DNA from: the human T2T-CHM13v2.0 reference genome, Homo sapiens
Assembly (NCBI RefSeq): GCF_009914755.1
Contig: NC_060926.1
DNA length: 64,000 nucleotides
Direction: 5' to 3' (one strand)
Below, one piece after another: positions 23,885 through 41,960 of this stretch. A program made the translations under genes and the position numbers. Below the pieces are notes generated by a model. It saw only the letters and a list, made by a program, of their open reading frames with translations, did not search any database and had not been told where the DNA came from. Positions within the stretch are counted from its first letter, which is position 1; each line of letters opens with the position of its first letter.

Positions 23885-24883
23885 ACTCCTCGTCCAGGGT
23901 GTTCTTAGGGTAGTTGGGAGTGGTTTTAAGGCTTTACGGCATGCATATTATGAATTCTAAAGATTTCTCCGAAAACTTCGCCAAGAAATTACACAGTGGA
24001 ATGGAAAATGCATTGGATCCCAGAAGACCAAGGTTCTAGACCAGGGAAGAGCTGTGTGACTTGGAACAAATGCTAAGCTCTGAGCATCGTTTATAAATGA
24101 AAGATCTGTACCTGATGCCCTCTAAAGTGCCTTTCAGCATTAAACTACATTTGTTTAAATATTGGGCTCAATCCTGTCTAGGGAAATGCAAACTGAAATA
24201 TACACACATACCCTGAACAGTCCCAAGCCCCCAAAAGCAGAGAACATTTTAAGAAAAAAATTTAAAAATAACAAAGTAAAGACCGGGTGCTGTGGCTCAC
24301 ACCTGTAATCCCAGCACTTTGGGAGGCTGAGGCAGGCGGATCACCTGAGGTCAGGAGTTCAAGACCGGCCTGGACAACATGGTGAAACCATATCTCTACT
24401 AAAAATATAAAAATTAGCTGGGCATGGTGGCATGCACCTGTAAGCCCAGCTACTCAAGAGGCTGAGGCAGGAGCATTGCTTGAACCTGGGAGTCAGAAGT
24501 TGCAGTGAGCCAAGATTGTGCCATTGAACTCCAGCCTAGGCAACAGAGCAAGACTCCAATGTCAAAAAACAAAACAAAACAAAACAAAAACACCAGACTG
24601 CGCAGGAGCTTGCTGACGAGCTCAGAAGGTGGTAGTGGGACAAATATAGCCAAGCGAATGCTCACCTGCCTGCATGATCACCACGAAACCCTGTGATTGG
24701 GCTTCCCATGTGTTTTGCTTACAGTGGAGATGACCCTGGTCGGGCTAGCAAGGCCTGACTCATCCTGCCAGCATGTATTTCTTGGACTGCTAAATGTGTC
24801 TTTCTCTTGGGAGCCTGGTTAGACACTGAGTTCAACCAACTCTGGTCTCTGACATGGTGGAGTTTCCCAGCCCACAGAACTGA

Positions 24884-25159
<276 letters not shown>

Positions 25160-25711
25160 TAGAGACAGGGTTTCTCCATGTTGGCCAGGCTTGTTTTGAA
25201 CTCCTGACCTCAAGTGATTCGCCCACCTCGGCCTCCCAAAATGCTGGGATTACAGGTGAACACCATGCACAGCCCACTTCTGTATCTTCTGTATCTTCTG
25301 ATGGAAAGGGAAGATTGAACACATCGGAAAAAAGGAAACTGGATACCAAAACAGTTCCTTCTTCCTCTCCCATCACCTAAACTTTCCAAATGAATCCTGA
25401 CCTCCAGATGTAGAACCACAGCCCAGGCAACTACAATCACTTGCGTATGGAAATGGGAAGTGTGCCAGATACTTGTGTTAATCTAGACAATGCTTGTGTT
25501 CCAACAGAGGAGCAAATTAGCCAACAAAAATATCAGACACAAGACGTTTAAAAGTAGAAACAGAAAGATATAAGAAAGAAAAAAACACACACACAAATAA
25601 GGGCAGGGACAGAAAGTGGATCTAGAAATGAAGCAAAAATACAAGTGCAGCAAGGCGTAGTGGCTCACCTCTGTAAACCCAGCACTTTGGGAGGCTGAGG
25701 CGAGCAGATTA

Positions 25712-26011
<300 letters not shown>

Positions 26012-26054
26012 TCAACAAGGACTAAATGTCTAAATTCCTGAAGAAAGAGGCACC

Positions 26055-26147
26055 GCTGATTGGAGATGGGCAAAGGCTATTAGGGTTTTCAAAAAGGGGA
26101 TGAATTACAGGCCAATTGGCTTGATGTCGATGCCAAATAAATTCTAC
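26055..26147 (+). mobile_element. CR1/L3 LINE reverse-transcriptase-region fossil
   Basis: Translates to ADWRWAKAIRVFKKGMNYRPIGLMSMPNKFY, resembling the CR1-type motif DWxxAxVxPIFKKG...NYRPVSLTSxPGK. Confidence 0.7.
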
Positions 26148-27323
26148 ATCTACTGAGTTCTAGACTACTGAAAGTTCTAAAACATCTACTGGCGATTTTT
26201 CCCTTTTTAACTGAACCATTTGGTCCTTTGAAGTGATTCATTTAAAGTTATTTTCAGCTATAATTTGGCAAAGACTCCCAGCTGTCCTCCATTTCCATTC
26301 TCCCTTTCTTGCCCAGCAAATCACCTCTGAATTTTAACTGGGCACATAGCTGCTTAAAATATAAATTATTTCCCAGCAGCTGGTGTTCTTTGAAAGTGTG
26401 GCCATTGGCCGCAGGTAAAAATGGAAAGTGTCTTCAAAGGCAGAGGCCATCCACTTCTCCCCTTGTTCCTTCCCACTGGTGGAACAGACGTGATGGCTGG
26501 AGGTGGAGCCGGTCCCGCTGGGGCACTGGGAACACAGACACTGTCCCTTCCCTGGGGATGCCTACCTTCCAGGGAACAGAAAGGGGTCTAGCCCTGGGCT
26601 CTGCATTTTAGGAAGGGCATTGACAAACTCTACTATTTCCAGAAACGTAATCAGGAGAAAAGAAGACCGTGAGAATGTATGGAGTGCTATGTCTCAGACA
26701 CCAGTCTAAGTACTTTACATGTATTATGTAATCTTCACAGTAACCATACAAGGTAGGTACTCATTTCCCTTTTACAGATGAGGAAAAAGGTTCATTAACT
26801 TGTTCAAAGTCACACAACCTTTGACTCTAGCTACAGAGTCCTTATTTTGAACCCCTTCGCCAGTGCTTCTCAAACTTTACTGCACATTAGGATCCCTGAA
26901 AACTTTAAAAAAAACAGGATGCTTGGGTCCCACCCTCAGATTCTGATGCAACTGTAATTCCACCTTGGTGGAGGCTGTATGGAGAAGACAGCAGGAGCCT
27001 GGGACCAGGAGGACTGCAGAGCTATCATACCAGTCCTGGACTGGCTACACTCACAAGAATCAAGGGTAAATTTGTTTCAGCCACATGGTAGCCTCTATTC
27101 CTCAAGGCTAAACATAATCCTAAACTCCCATACACAGCAGAATTTTAAGATATGACAAAATGCATTTACTGAAAAGCATTTACATATTACTTTTTTTTTT
27201 TTTTCGAGACGGAGTTTTGCTCTTGTTGCTCAGGCTGGATGTAGTGCAATGGTGCAATCTCAGCTCACTGCAACCTCCACCTCCCCAGTTCAGGTGATTC
27301 TCCTGCCTCAGTCTCCTGAGTAG

Positions 27324-27551
<228 letters not shown>

Positions 27552-29049
27552 TAATAGGCCAGGTGCGGTGGCTCACGCCTGTAATCTCAGCACTTTGGGA
27601 GGCTGAGGCAGGTGGATCATGAGTTCAGGAGTTCAAGACCAGCATGGCCAAGATGATAAAACCCTGTCTCTACTAAAAATACAAAAATTAGCTGGGCGTG
27701 GTGGCAGGTGCCTGTAATCCCAGCTACTTGGGAGGCTGAGGCAGAGAATTGCTTGAACCCGGGAGGCAGAGGATGCAGTGAGCCAAGATTGAGCCATTGC
27801 ACTCCAGCCTGGGCGACAGAGCAAGATTCTGTGTCCAAAAAAAAAAAAAAGGGGTGGGGGGCAATAAGGTCATTTATAAAATTTATAAATTATCTGTTTA
27901 AAAATGTTTTAAAGTATATGTGTGGGTCACAACCAACCCTGAGGTTATTAAAGCAGCTCTGACAGTGGAGAGCCTGAGGCTCTATTTGAATGATGCTCCA
28001 TCAAGTACCCGCTGAGGCTTATAGGGATAGTACATCTGCATTAAGATCACTTTCATCTACACGTTACTGCTTGATTTTTAAAAGGCTTTCAAGTTTATTC
28101 ATTAGAAATCATAGTTCTCAGATTTTATTGCTATTTTCACTTTGAGAAAAATATTTAGATTTCTGTCCTATCATGGTGGGTTCAGAGACTGGTGACTTTG
28201 AAATTTAATACCTTTAGAAAACGTTATTTCAAGATGTCCCCACCCCCCATCCCTTCATTACACAGTATGGTACTGGGAGTGGTGTACATTCTGAAGTGTT
28301 CTAGAGAAAAATGATTCCAGATACTTACAGAAACAGAACTCAAACAATTGGTGAAAGAGATAAAGTTCAAGCAACTGGCTATTATACTGGATGGAACTAG
28401 AGGGTAAGAAGTGTAAACCACATAAAATTTAACACAGAAAGCAAGCCTAAACCAGGCATAGTGGCTCACACCTATAATTCCAGTGCTTCGGGAGGCCAAA
28501 TTGGGAAGATTGCTTGAGGCCAGTTTTGAGACCAGCCTGGGCAACATGGTGAAAGCCCACCTATAAAATAAATACAAAAATTATCCAGGTGTGGTGGCTC
28601 GTGCTGTAGTCCCAGCAGAGGTGGGAGGATTGCCTGAGCCCAGGGAGTTGAAGACTGCAGTAAGCCTTGACTGCGCCACTGCAATCCAGCCTGGGTGACA
28701 GAGTGGGACTCTGAAAAAACAAAAGTCAAGCAAGCAGGCAAGCCTAGGCCAGGCACAGTGGCTTACACCTGTAATTCCAATACTTTGGGAGATCTAGGTG
28801 GGAGGATCACTTGAAGTCAGGAGTTTGAGACCAGCCTGGGCAACACAGTGAGACCCCATCTCTACAGAAAAATTAGATGGGAATGGTGGTGCATGCCTGT
28901 GGTTGGTCTGGGCTACTCAGGAGGCTGATGTGGGAGTTCACTTAAACCCAGGAGTTCAAAGCTGCAGTGAGATCTGATGGCACCACAGCACTCCAGCCTG
29001 GGCACCAGCGAGACTATCTCAAAAAATAAAATTTTTTAAAAAGCAAGCT

Positions 29050-29131
29050 CATGGGGCATATGTTCTCAAGATCTCCTGAGGGCTGTGTCACTAGCCAAAA
29101 AATAAAAATAAATAAATAAATAATAAAAAAT
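29050..29131 (+). mobile_element. Short poly(A)-tailed retroinsertion of a MER4-group LTR-like fragment
   Basis: 47-nt body plus A-rich tail flanked by direct repeat AAAGCAAGCT (29040-29049 and 29132-29141). Confidence 0.7.
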
Positions 29132-29767
29132 AAAGCAAGCTATGATCCAAGCTTCCAAACAAGTCAACTACCCCCAGGGGAAAGAATCTGGCAGTATTTA
29201 TAAACATTAAGTTTTAGGGGGAAAATAAAAAAATTTAAAAACATAAGTTTTAAGCCATGCTGCCAGCTGTCTTTGGAGATGTTAGAGCTAGGTCTGCATC
29301 CTGGCTGTCACTTCCTGTGTGACCCTGAGCAAGAAAATTACTTAACCTCTAATGCCATCTCTTCATTTTATAGATGAGGCACTAGCTACATACTCACAGG
29401 GCTATAGAATTAGATGAAGGCATGAAGCATGGTGCCTGGCACAGTAGATGCTCAATAATGGTGGCTATTATTGGCTAATCCCAAACTCAGCATAAGCCAA
29501 CAGTATGACAAGACTTACATCAGTAGTATGCGGATCTAGGAAGACTGTTGCCTCTCTAGCCTATTTGTCTCCCTTTGATCACATTCAACATTTAACACTT
29601 GTTCATGTACACTTGCACAACACTTGCTCACCCCTAGAGGTTTCAATGGTCTGGGGTGGGGCCAGGCTTTGGGAGTTTGCAAAGCTTCCCAAGTGCAGCC
29701 AAGCTTGAAGACCACTGCTCTACATTCTATTATATGAAGCACAGGTGAAGTTACAAAAGGTAGACTA

Positions 29768-30145
<378 letters not shown>

Positions 30146-30944
30146 CTATAAAAGTCATTTTGGAAATTTTAATATGAACTGCATTATTAGATATTGTGGC
30201 ATTGTTATTTATCTTGTGTGCTCATGGTATTGTGGCTACACAGAACACCTGTATTATAAAAAGCATGCTCAACTGTTTAGGGGTGAAATACCATGATGTT
30301 TGCATCCTACTTTCAAATGATCATGACACTGTGTATATAGAAAGAGAAAGCACACACAGCAGATGTTAAACACCAGCAAAGGGAAGGGTATACAACGTAG
30401 TTTCTTCGTCTTTTTCTATATATATATACATTTTTTAAAATGAAAACCTCATACTAACACTCAACCCACGGTCACCACGCTGTGATAGCTAAGCCCACGC
30501 TAGCTATTAAAGCATCACTACTTTCCTATTATTTGGTTCTCCTGTTCATAGAACACTCAGTGCTGCTGTCTCACAACATGTCTACACAAACCACACAACA
30601 AAAACTGCAAGGCCTATAGAGAAATGGGTTTAGGTGTGCAATACTCAAATCTTTGTGACACATAAAAAGGTACCAGTTTCAAATATGTCAATGGTTAAGA
30701 AATAAAGCAGTCTACCTTGACCTGCAATTTGCAGGCAGAAACACACTGGACAGCCCACCCAGCTCCCACGCGTACCACCCTGCATGAAGAGGAAGAGAAC
30801 AAAAGATAAGACAAAGTGAGAGAAAACATAGAGAAAAAGAAGAAAGATTGGGCTGGGCGCAGTGGCTCACGCCTGTAATCCCAGCACTTTGGGAGGCCAA
30901 GATGGGCAGATCACGAGGTCAGGAGATCAAGACCATCCTGGCTA

Positions 30945-31221
<277 letters not shown>

Positions 31222-31588
31222 TCACCTGAGGTTGGGAGTTCAAGACCAGCCTGACCAACATGGAGAAACCCCGTCTCTACTAAAAACACAAAATTAGCCA
31301 GGGTGGTGGCGCATGCCTGTAATCCCAGCTACTCAGGGGTCTGAGGCAGGAGAATCGCTTGAACCCGGGAGGCGGAGGTTGTGGTGAGCCGAGATTGTGC
31401 CATTGCACTTCAGCTTGGGCAACAACAGCAAAACTCTGTCTCAAAAAAAAAAAAAAAAAAAGCTATAAAATTTTAGCCGGGCACAGTGGCTCATGCCTGT
31501 AATCCCAGCACTTTGGGAGGCTCAGGCGGGCGGATCACGAGGTCAGGAGTTTGAGACTGGCCAACATAGTAAAAACCCACCTCTACTA

Positions 31589-32183
<595 letters not shown>

Positions 32184-32469
32184 TAAGACAGAGTCTTGCT
32201 CTGTCACCTGGGCTGGAGTGCAGTGTCGTGATCTTGGCTCACCGCAACCTCTGCCTCCTGGGTTCAAGTGATTCTCCTGCCTCAGCCTCCTAAGTAGCTG
32301 GGATTACAGGCATGCACAACCACACCCAGCTAATTTTGTATTTTTAGAAGAGACGGGGTTTCTCTATGTTGGTCAGGCTGGTCTTGAACTCCCGATCTCA
32401 GGTGATCCACCAGCCTCGGCCCCCGAAAGTTACAGGCATGAGTCACTGCGCCCGGCCATTTCTAAATCA

Positions 32470-32787
<318 letters not shown>

Positions 32788-33472
32788 TCAAAAAAAAAAA
32801 AATTAGAGAGGTAAAACACAAATGAGGTTGAAAGAGAATAAAGAGCAGAGTGTGAGGCAGAGCCAGGATGGCCGATGGAAGGGCTGCGGCTTGCAAGCAT
32901 GAGATGGGGCGTGCGGTTCTCTGGAATCAGATGGTACACCACACAGGGACGTGTGCCTTGTGTGTTCCTATGCAGCTCAGTTCAACTGGGTGTGCTTTTG
33001 TGTTCACCTAGTGCTTCCCACAGGCAAAATTACACATAAACTCATGTTATGCTCAGAGCATGCCAGCAGGACTGCCCCTCCGCCAAGAGCGCTGACTTGA
33101 CCCTCTCCTCAACCTCAACCCTAGACCTCAGGCCTGCTTCTGTCCCTCCTGATTTCTACCGTCTGCTAAGCTCTAGCACTGCTCCCTCCAAAGTGATCTT
33201 TTTTTAAAGGGAAAGGATATGGGTCAGTATATCAAGCTAGGGAAGTGGACATAGGTGGTTTATTTTCAGTTGCCAAGCAGGTCACTTGGAAAGGGCTCGT
33301 GGTCTAGGCAAACTGTGTCAGCCACTATCTACCAAGAATGAACAAGCCCTGCCACTTCCACCTCCCAACTCTCAGAGTAAAATTCTTTTCAACTTTGTGA
33401 TCAGAAAGAAATGGTAAGTCCAATATGCAAGATTTTTCCACCACCATTTGTCCAAAGACAAACACTTTTTTT

Positions 33473-35336
33473 TGTACCAATCTTTATGTATTTATTCACA
33501 CATTTGATAAAAATGTCACAGTTAGGAGTGAAATCATTACAATGACATGAGTAACTGTACAGACAGACCCCAAGTGCAGAATCAAATTGCCCTAAGTCAG
33601 AACATGGAGCAACCGCAACTCCTTCGCACTTGTGCATGTGTGTGCGCTCGCAGACGCACACACACACACACATATTCTCTCTCTCTCTTATGCACACATC
33701 CATCCACATCCCAACAATTGCAGGTGCTAAGTTTGGACATAACCCAGGGACTCTTCCCTGACTTCTGTCAGGTCCTGGAAAGAAGAAGTAATAAATGAAA
33801 AGCAGCTGGGACTGCTCGATGCATCTCTCCTCTTCCAACAATGACGCGGAGAAGGCAAGACATACACTGGGGCAGCTACTTCCTTGGCACAAAAATGAAC
33901 AGGCAACAAGAAGGTCAAGGAAGTGTTTAAGTTAGTCTCAGGTTTAAACCACTTTTCAACACCACAAAACAGTAGCAAGCAGGAAAACAAAAACAAAAAC
34001 AAAAACAAAAACTCTGGCCCTCAAGACTCCAGAAAAAAGGGAAGGAGGAGGATTTAAAACTTGATCCCTATTATTCTAACAAATTGCAGCATGACCATAA
34101 GCAAAACCAGCTCGGTCAAACTGACAGCATCAGATTGTGACCTTATCTGAACAGTGTAGTTCACTTTTATTTTGGCTCTGAAGAGAGGAAGAAAAACTTT
34201 TTAGAGGAACTTAATGGTAACATAAACCAAATCTCCACTGTATTAGTATTTGAGACAAGATTACATCTATGCATTCACACAGCTTGTCTGTAGATCTGAG
34301 AGCTCCAAGGGAGTGGCCCAGCCCCCATTCCTCTGACTTTAGCCTTCTGAAAAGAACAAGTCAAACCTGAAATATGAAAAATAATACCTGAATCAAAATG
34401 GTGTTTTCTATACAATCGGACTAGGGTAGAATCCTGCTCAATTCCTCAACTCCTATTTGACACAAAAGTTAAAAAATTTTTAAACTAAATTTAAATGTGA
34501 TGTTTTGAGCATCAAAAAGCTACTATCTAAAAGGATTAGTCTCCCAGTGTTCTTGGTAAATGGGGAAGGTTAGGAAGGAGGCAATGATCCAATGAATATA
34601 GAAGAACTGGCCGATTCACAGGAAACTTGCTTTGGATAAGGTGAGTCAATGGGTGATATTGTGCAGGCAGGGAGGGAAATTTCTTTGTACAAATTCATGT
34701 CCCTGGCCAGGCATGGCCCAGGAGTTCAAGACCAGCCTGGGAAACAGAGTGAAACTCCATCTCTACTTAAAAAAAAAAAAAATTAATAATAACTTCATGT
34801 CTCTAGAGATAAAAGCAAGGTGCGGACAAGGCACTTAACATAGCCAAGTATCGTTCACACCCATTCACATCATGATTGTTACCAAGAGCACTCCCAGTAG
34901 CCCCTCATTTGAGAGACTCAACTGGCCAACTATACTTTCCAGGTGGACCTGGAGAACTGAAGGAAATCCAAAGCGCTGCACAATCGATGGTGGGATTTGG
35001 AATGTCAGCAGAGGAAACTACTCAGAGAAGCAAATGGAGGTCATCCCCTTCTGGCCTGAGGTGAGAGGTTTGTTCCAGATTAGCTCAGTGAGATACCGAA
35101 TTTCAAAACAGTTGGCCTGAGAATATGACAACACTCCCACAAATGTAGCCTTCTTCTGTTTTGATAAGAGCAATAAGGGCTCTGAATGAAATGGGACATC
35201 AGTTATTGAATTATCTTGCACTGGAAGTTACAGCAGATGCCTTCTAATACATGTGGCATGTCCCCCTTCTACAGCAGAGTGATAACGGACTGAGACAGGG
35301 CTAGAAGCACCTTGTCCCTTCTTATCCCAAAGCCTG
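33473..35336 (-). other. STARD7: STARD7 3'UTR (~1.9 kb)
   Basis: Mostly unique sequence between the stop codon and a minus-strand AATAAA at 33491-33496; contains a short Alu fragment (~34705-34782), (AAAAAC)n near 33984 and a (CA)n/(CT)n tract near 33657. The 3' end is approximate. Confidence 0.85.
33491..33496 (-). terminator. STARD7 distal polyadenylation signal AATAAA
   Basis: tttatt on + strand; cleavage expected ~20 nt downstream near 33473, followed by GT-rich sequence on the minus strand. Confidence 0.8.
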
Positions 35337-35521
35337 TCAAGCATACTCAATCCGAGCAGGGCCACAGCTGCCCTCGTTCTTTCGCTCAGAGGACTGGCTG
35401 GTGGCCTTGGCTTCACTACTCATTTCCAGAGGCTTAGCTGAGATGTAGTCCTTTACTTTAATCTCCATATTCTTGGCTTTCAGAGTGGCCATGTGCAGCT
35501 TCTCCAGGAAATCTGGCATGC
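35337..35521 (-). CDS. STARD7: STARD7 coding exon 8 (C-terminus and TGA stop)
   Basis: tcctgacag| acceptor; (G)MPDFLEKLHMATLKAKN...GPARIEYA*; 185 nt. Exon sum 290+209+50+111+83+100+85+185 = 1113 nt = 370 aa + stop. Confidence 0.97.
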
Positions 35522-35823
35522 CTGTCAGGAGACGAGAATCAGGTTAAGCTGACATACAAACCAACAGTAGGCTCAAAATGAGAAGACCCTATTTCTTTGA
35601 TGGTAGGGAACTAGTTCTTCCTTATAAAGATCACAACCTGACTAGCCTGTGAATAAGAGCTGCCTCCCGGAATGTGTTCCCAAAGCATGGGTTGTGAAAA
35701 CTCTGTCTCAGAAAAAAAAAAAAAAGAAGAACCAGAAGAGACGTTTTATTTCCCCATTAGGAAATAGAGAAAAACAAAATGCTCAACCCAGGTTCCAGGC
35801 CCTGTATACTTGCCCTTACTTAC

Positions 35824-35908
35824 CACTGGAAACCATCCAACTAACACAGTAGCGAGGAAACACCGTTTGGGGATTGTCACTGTATGTTAGTAAGTAGTCA
35901 AAGCCATT
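35824..35908 (-). CDS. STARD7: STARD7 coding exon 7
   Basis: tttcttttccag| acceptor; NGFDYLLTYSDNPQTVFPRYCVSWMVSS(G); G|GTAAGT donor; 85 nt. Confidence 0.97.
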
Positions 35909-36030
35909 CTGGAAAAGAAAAACAGCAAAAATGAAGATCCCTGAATCACCAACCACAACCTCCATATCCAGTACCATAGAATAACTATGATCTGATTCTG
36001 GAGCAGGGAGTGTCATTTCTTTTTTCACCC

Positions 36031-39780
<3,750 letters not shown>

Positions 39781-40976
39781 CCCAAAATCCTTATTTGAGA
39801 TAAATACTGAAATATATAATAGAAGAACTGGGTTCTCCTACAGTAAAGCTAGAATTTGCTTCAAAATAATCAGGGGAGTGAGAAAGGAAATGGGAAAGGG
39901 TATAGATAAAACAATTTTGGCCATAAGTTGATAACTGGAGCTGGGGATGGATACAGGGGGTTCATTATACTCTTCTACTTCTGTATCTTTTGTATCTATT
40001 TCAAATTTTCCATGATAAAAACCCCCTACCTTGGCTCAAAGATCTAATTCCCATTTGGCAAATCCAAACTCAGCTACATGGTTTTCGAGTACCCTCTGTA
40101 CACAGTCAATGCAATTTATCACTTCTCCCTAACCTCTACTTTCCTCTCTAAGCATGTGAGTCTCTCAGTGCATACCTGGCTCATTCCTATCTTTGTCTTT
40201 GCTTGAATCATGTCTTCTAACCCTAGTGCCCTGCCTGCTTTCCTCTCTATCCAGTGTACTTTTTTTTTTGTTTTTTTTTACAAGGACCAACTCAAGTCCT
40301 TGAGGTGGTATAAATAAAACAACTTGATGAGAATAAGAAAACTACACTAAAGAACACTGTCCATATAGCCCTAAATCGAACACAAGCAATAGGGAGAAAC
40401 AAAGCCATTATAAGGTGAAGTGGAACTAAAACCAGCAGCCACTAGCATCAATATCTATACTCTCAGTGGAGATTTAGCTTAAAAAGATAAAAAATAAACA
40501 CAAAACACCTCATTAGGCTGAAATAAATATTCTTTTCAAAGAAAGGTCACAGAATTTTAAAGAAGGCAGACAGCATGAGTCCAATCTTCCCATTACTCTG
40601 GCAAGGAAGCAGAAATCCAGAAAAGTTTCCATCCAGTGCTCTGCCCACTGTAGTAAAATGTTGACAGGAGGTACTCGCTCTAGTTCCTGAAGAATGCTAC
40701 TGATACAGGCTAATGCGTCAGTGGCTATGATTCTTTTAACTATCTCTCAGATAAGAGGGAACCAATGGATTGCCACTACTTTGTCCTTGGGGAACTTCCA
40801 GGTACATCACCTACGTCAGGAGTTCCCAAAAAATGGTTCCCAGACCAGTAGCATCAGACTCCCCCGAGCGAGAACTGTTCCTGCGCCACACCCCCTCCTC
40901 CCTAGTTCAGGTAAGACATCCCTTGAGAAAATTCCACAGCCATGACATGTTATCTCTTGGATGAGGTAAAACTCAC

Positions 40977-41076
40977 CTCATCAAATGACTTGTGGGGACG
41001 GATAACCATTTGGGATTCATATGATCTGACCCTGACGAATTCTGGAGACTCTGGCACACTCGGATGCTCCACAGCA
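40977..41076 (-). CDS. STARD7: STARD7 coding exon 6
   Basis: ttcctccttaccag| acceptor; AVEHPSVPESPEFVRVRSYESQMVIRPHKSFDE; GAG|GTGAGT donor; 100 nt. Confidence 0.97.
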
Positions 41077-41685
41077 CTGGTAAGGAGGAAAGGAGAAGCA
41101 AACTCTTAGTAATGTCTATATATAAAACAACAGGAGAGCTAAGTTAAGGGGAAGGCCTAAAAAGCTGGCTCTGATATTTTTAAATACACAAAACAAAGGA
41201 GTCACTAAGATGAATAAATACAAACTAAGTTCTAAAAATGAAGCGAAGGCCAGACGTGGTGGCTCATGCCTGTAATCCCAACACTGGGAAGCCAAGGAAG
41301 GAAGATCACTTGAGGCCAGGAGTCCAAGACCAGCCTGGACCACACTGTGAAACCCTGCGTCTACAACAAACAAATGAATTAATTAAAAATGAAGTGAGTT
41401 CCTTTGGTAATTTACGGCTCACTAGGCTGTGGGTCAAAAACAACAGCACTTCTTTTGATTACCAACATTAAAGAACCCAAAAAAACAGTTTAACTAAAAG
41501 CTTGTATCTCTCCATTCTTTCTAGACAGTCAGAGTCCCTCATCTTCTAGCTGGATGGAAGGGGCACTGGCTGCAGGGAAGCCTGTGGGAGACTCATAGGA
41601 CACTAAGAATATACAAACTCAGGTACGTAGGAATGAAGGCCACAGCTAAAGGAACTCGGCAACAGCCACAGGCAGCCATACATAC

Positions 41686-41768
41686 CGCGACACCAACACC
41701 ATCATGTTGTTTTCCTGATCCACACTATACCGCCGAACATAAACATAATCCCGTGAGTACATTGGATA
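41686..41768 (-). CDS. STARD7: STARD7 coding exon 5 (START domain)
   Basis: tttctttag| acceptor; YPMYSRDYVYVRRYSVDQENNMMVLVS(R), containing the START-type RDYVY motif; CG|GTATG donor; 83 nt. Confidence 0.97.
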
Positions 41769-41849
41769 CTAAAGAAATGGAGGAGCAGGATTAGTGTTCT
41801 GCATCACACAAACCTGGACAGAAATAAAATCAGAAGTAAAAATACTCAC

Positions 41850-41960
41850 AGGAAAATGGGTTACCCAGTGAAGAACCTCGGAACCACTAACCACATCCCT
41901 CTCAATCACCTCCAGCTTGATTACCAGGGCATCCCATTTTTTTCTATACTCTGTGTCCAG
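41850..41960 (-). CDS. STARD7: STARD7 coding exon 4 (START domain)
   Basis: tctttctgcag| acceptor; LDTEYRKKWDALVIKLEVIERDVVSGSEVLHWVTHFP; CCT|GTGAGT donor; 111 nt. Confidence 0.97.
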
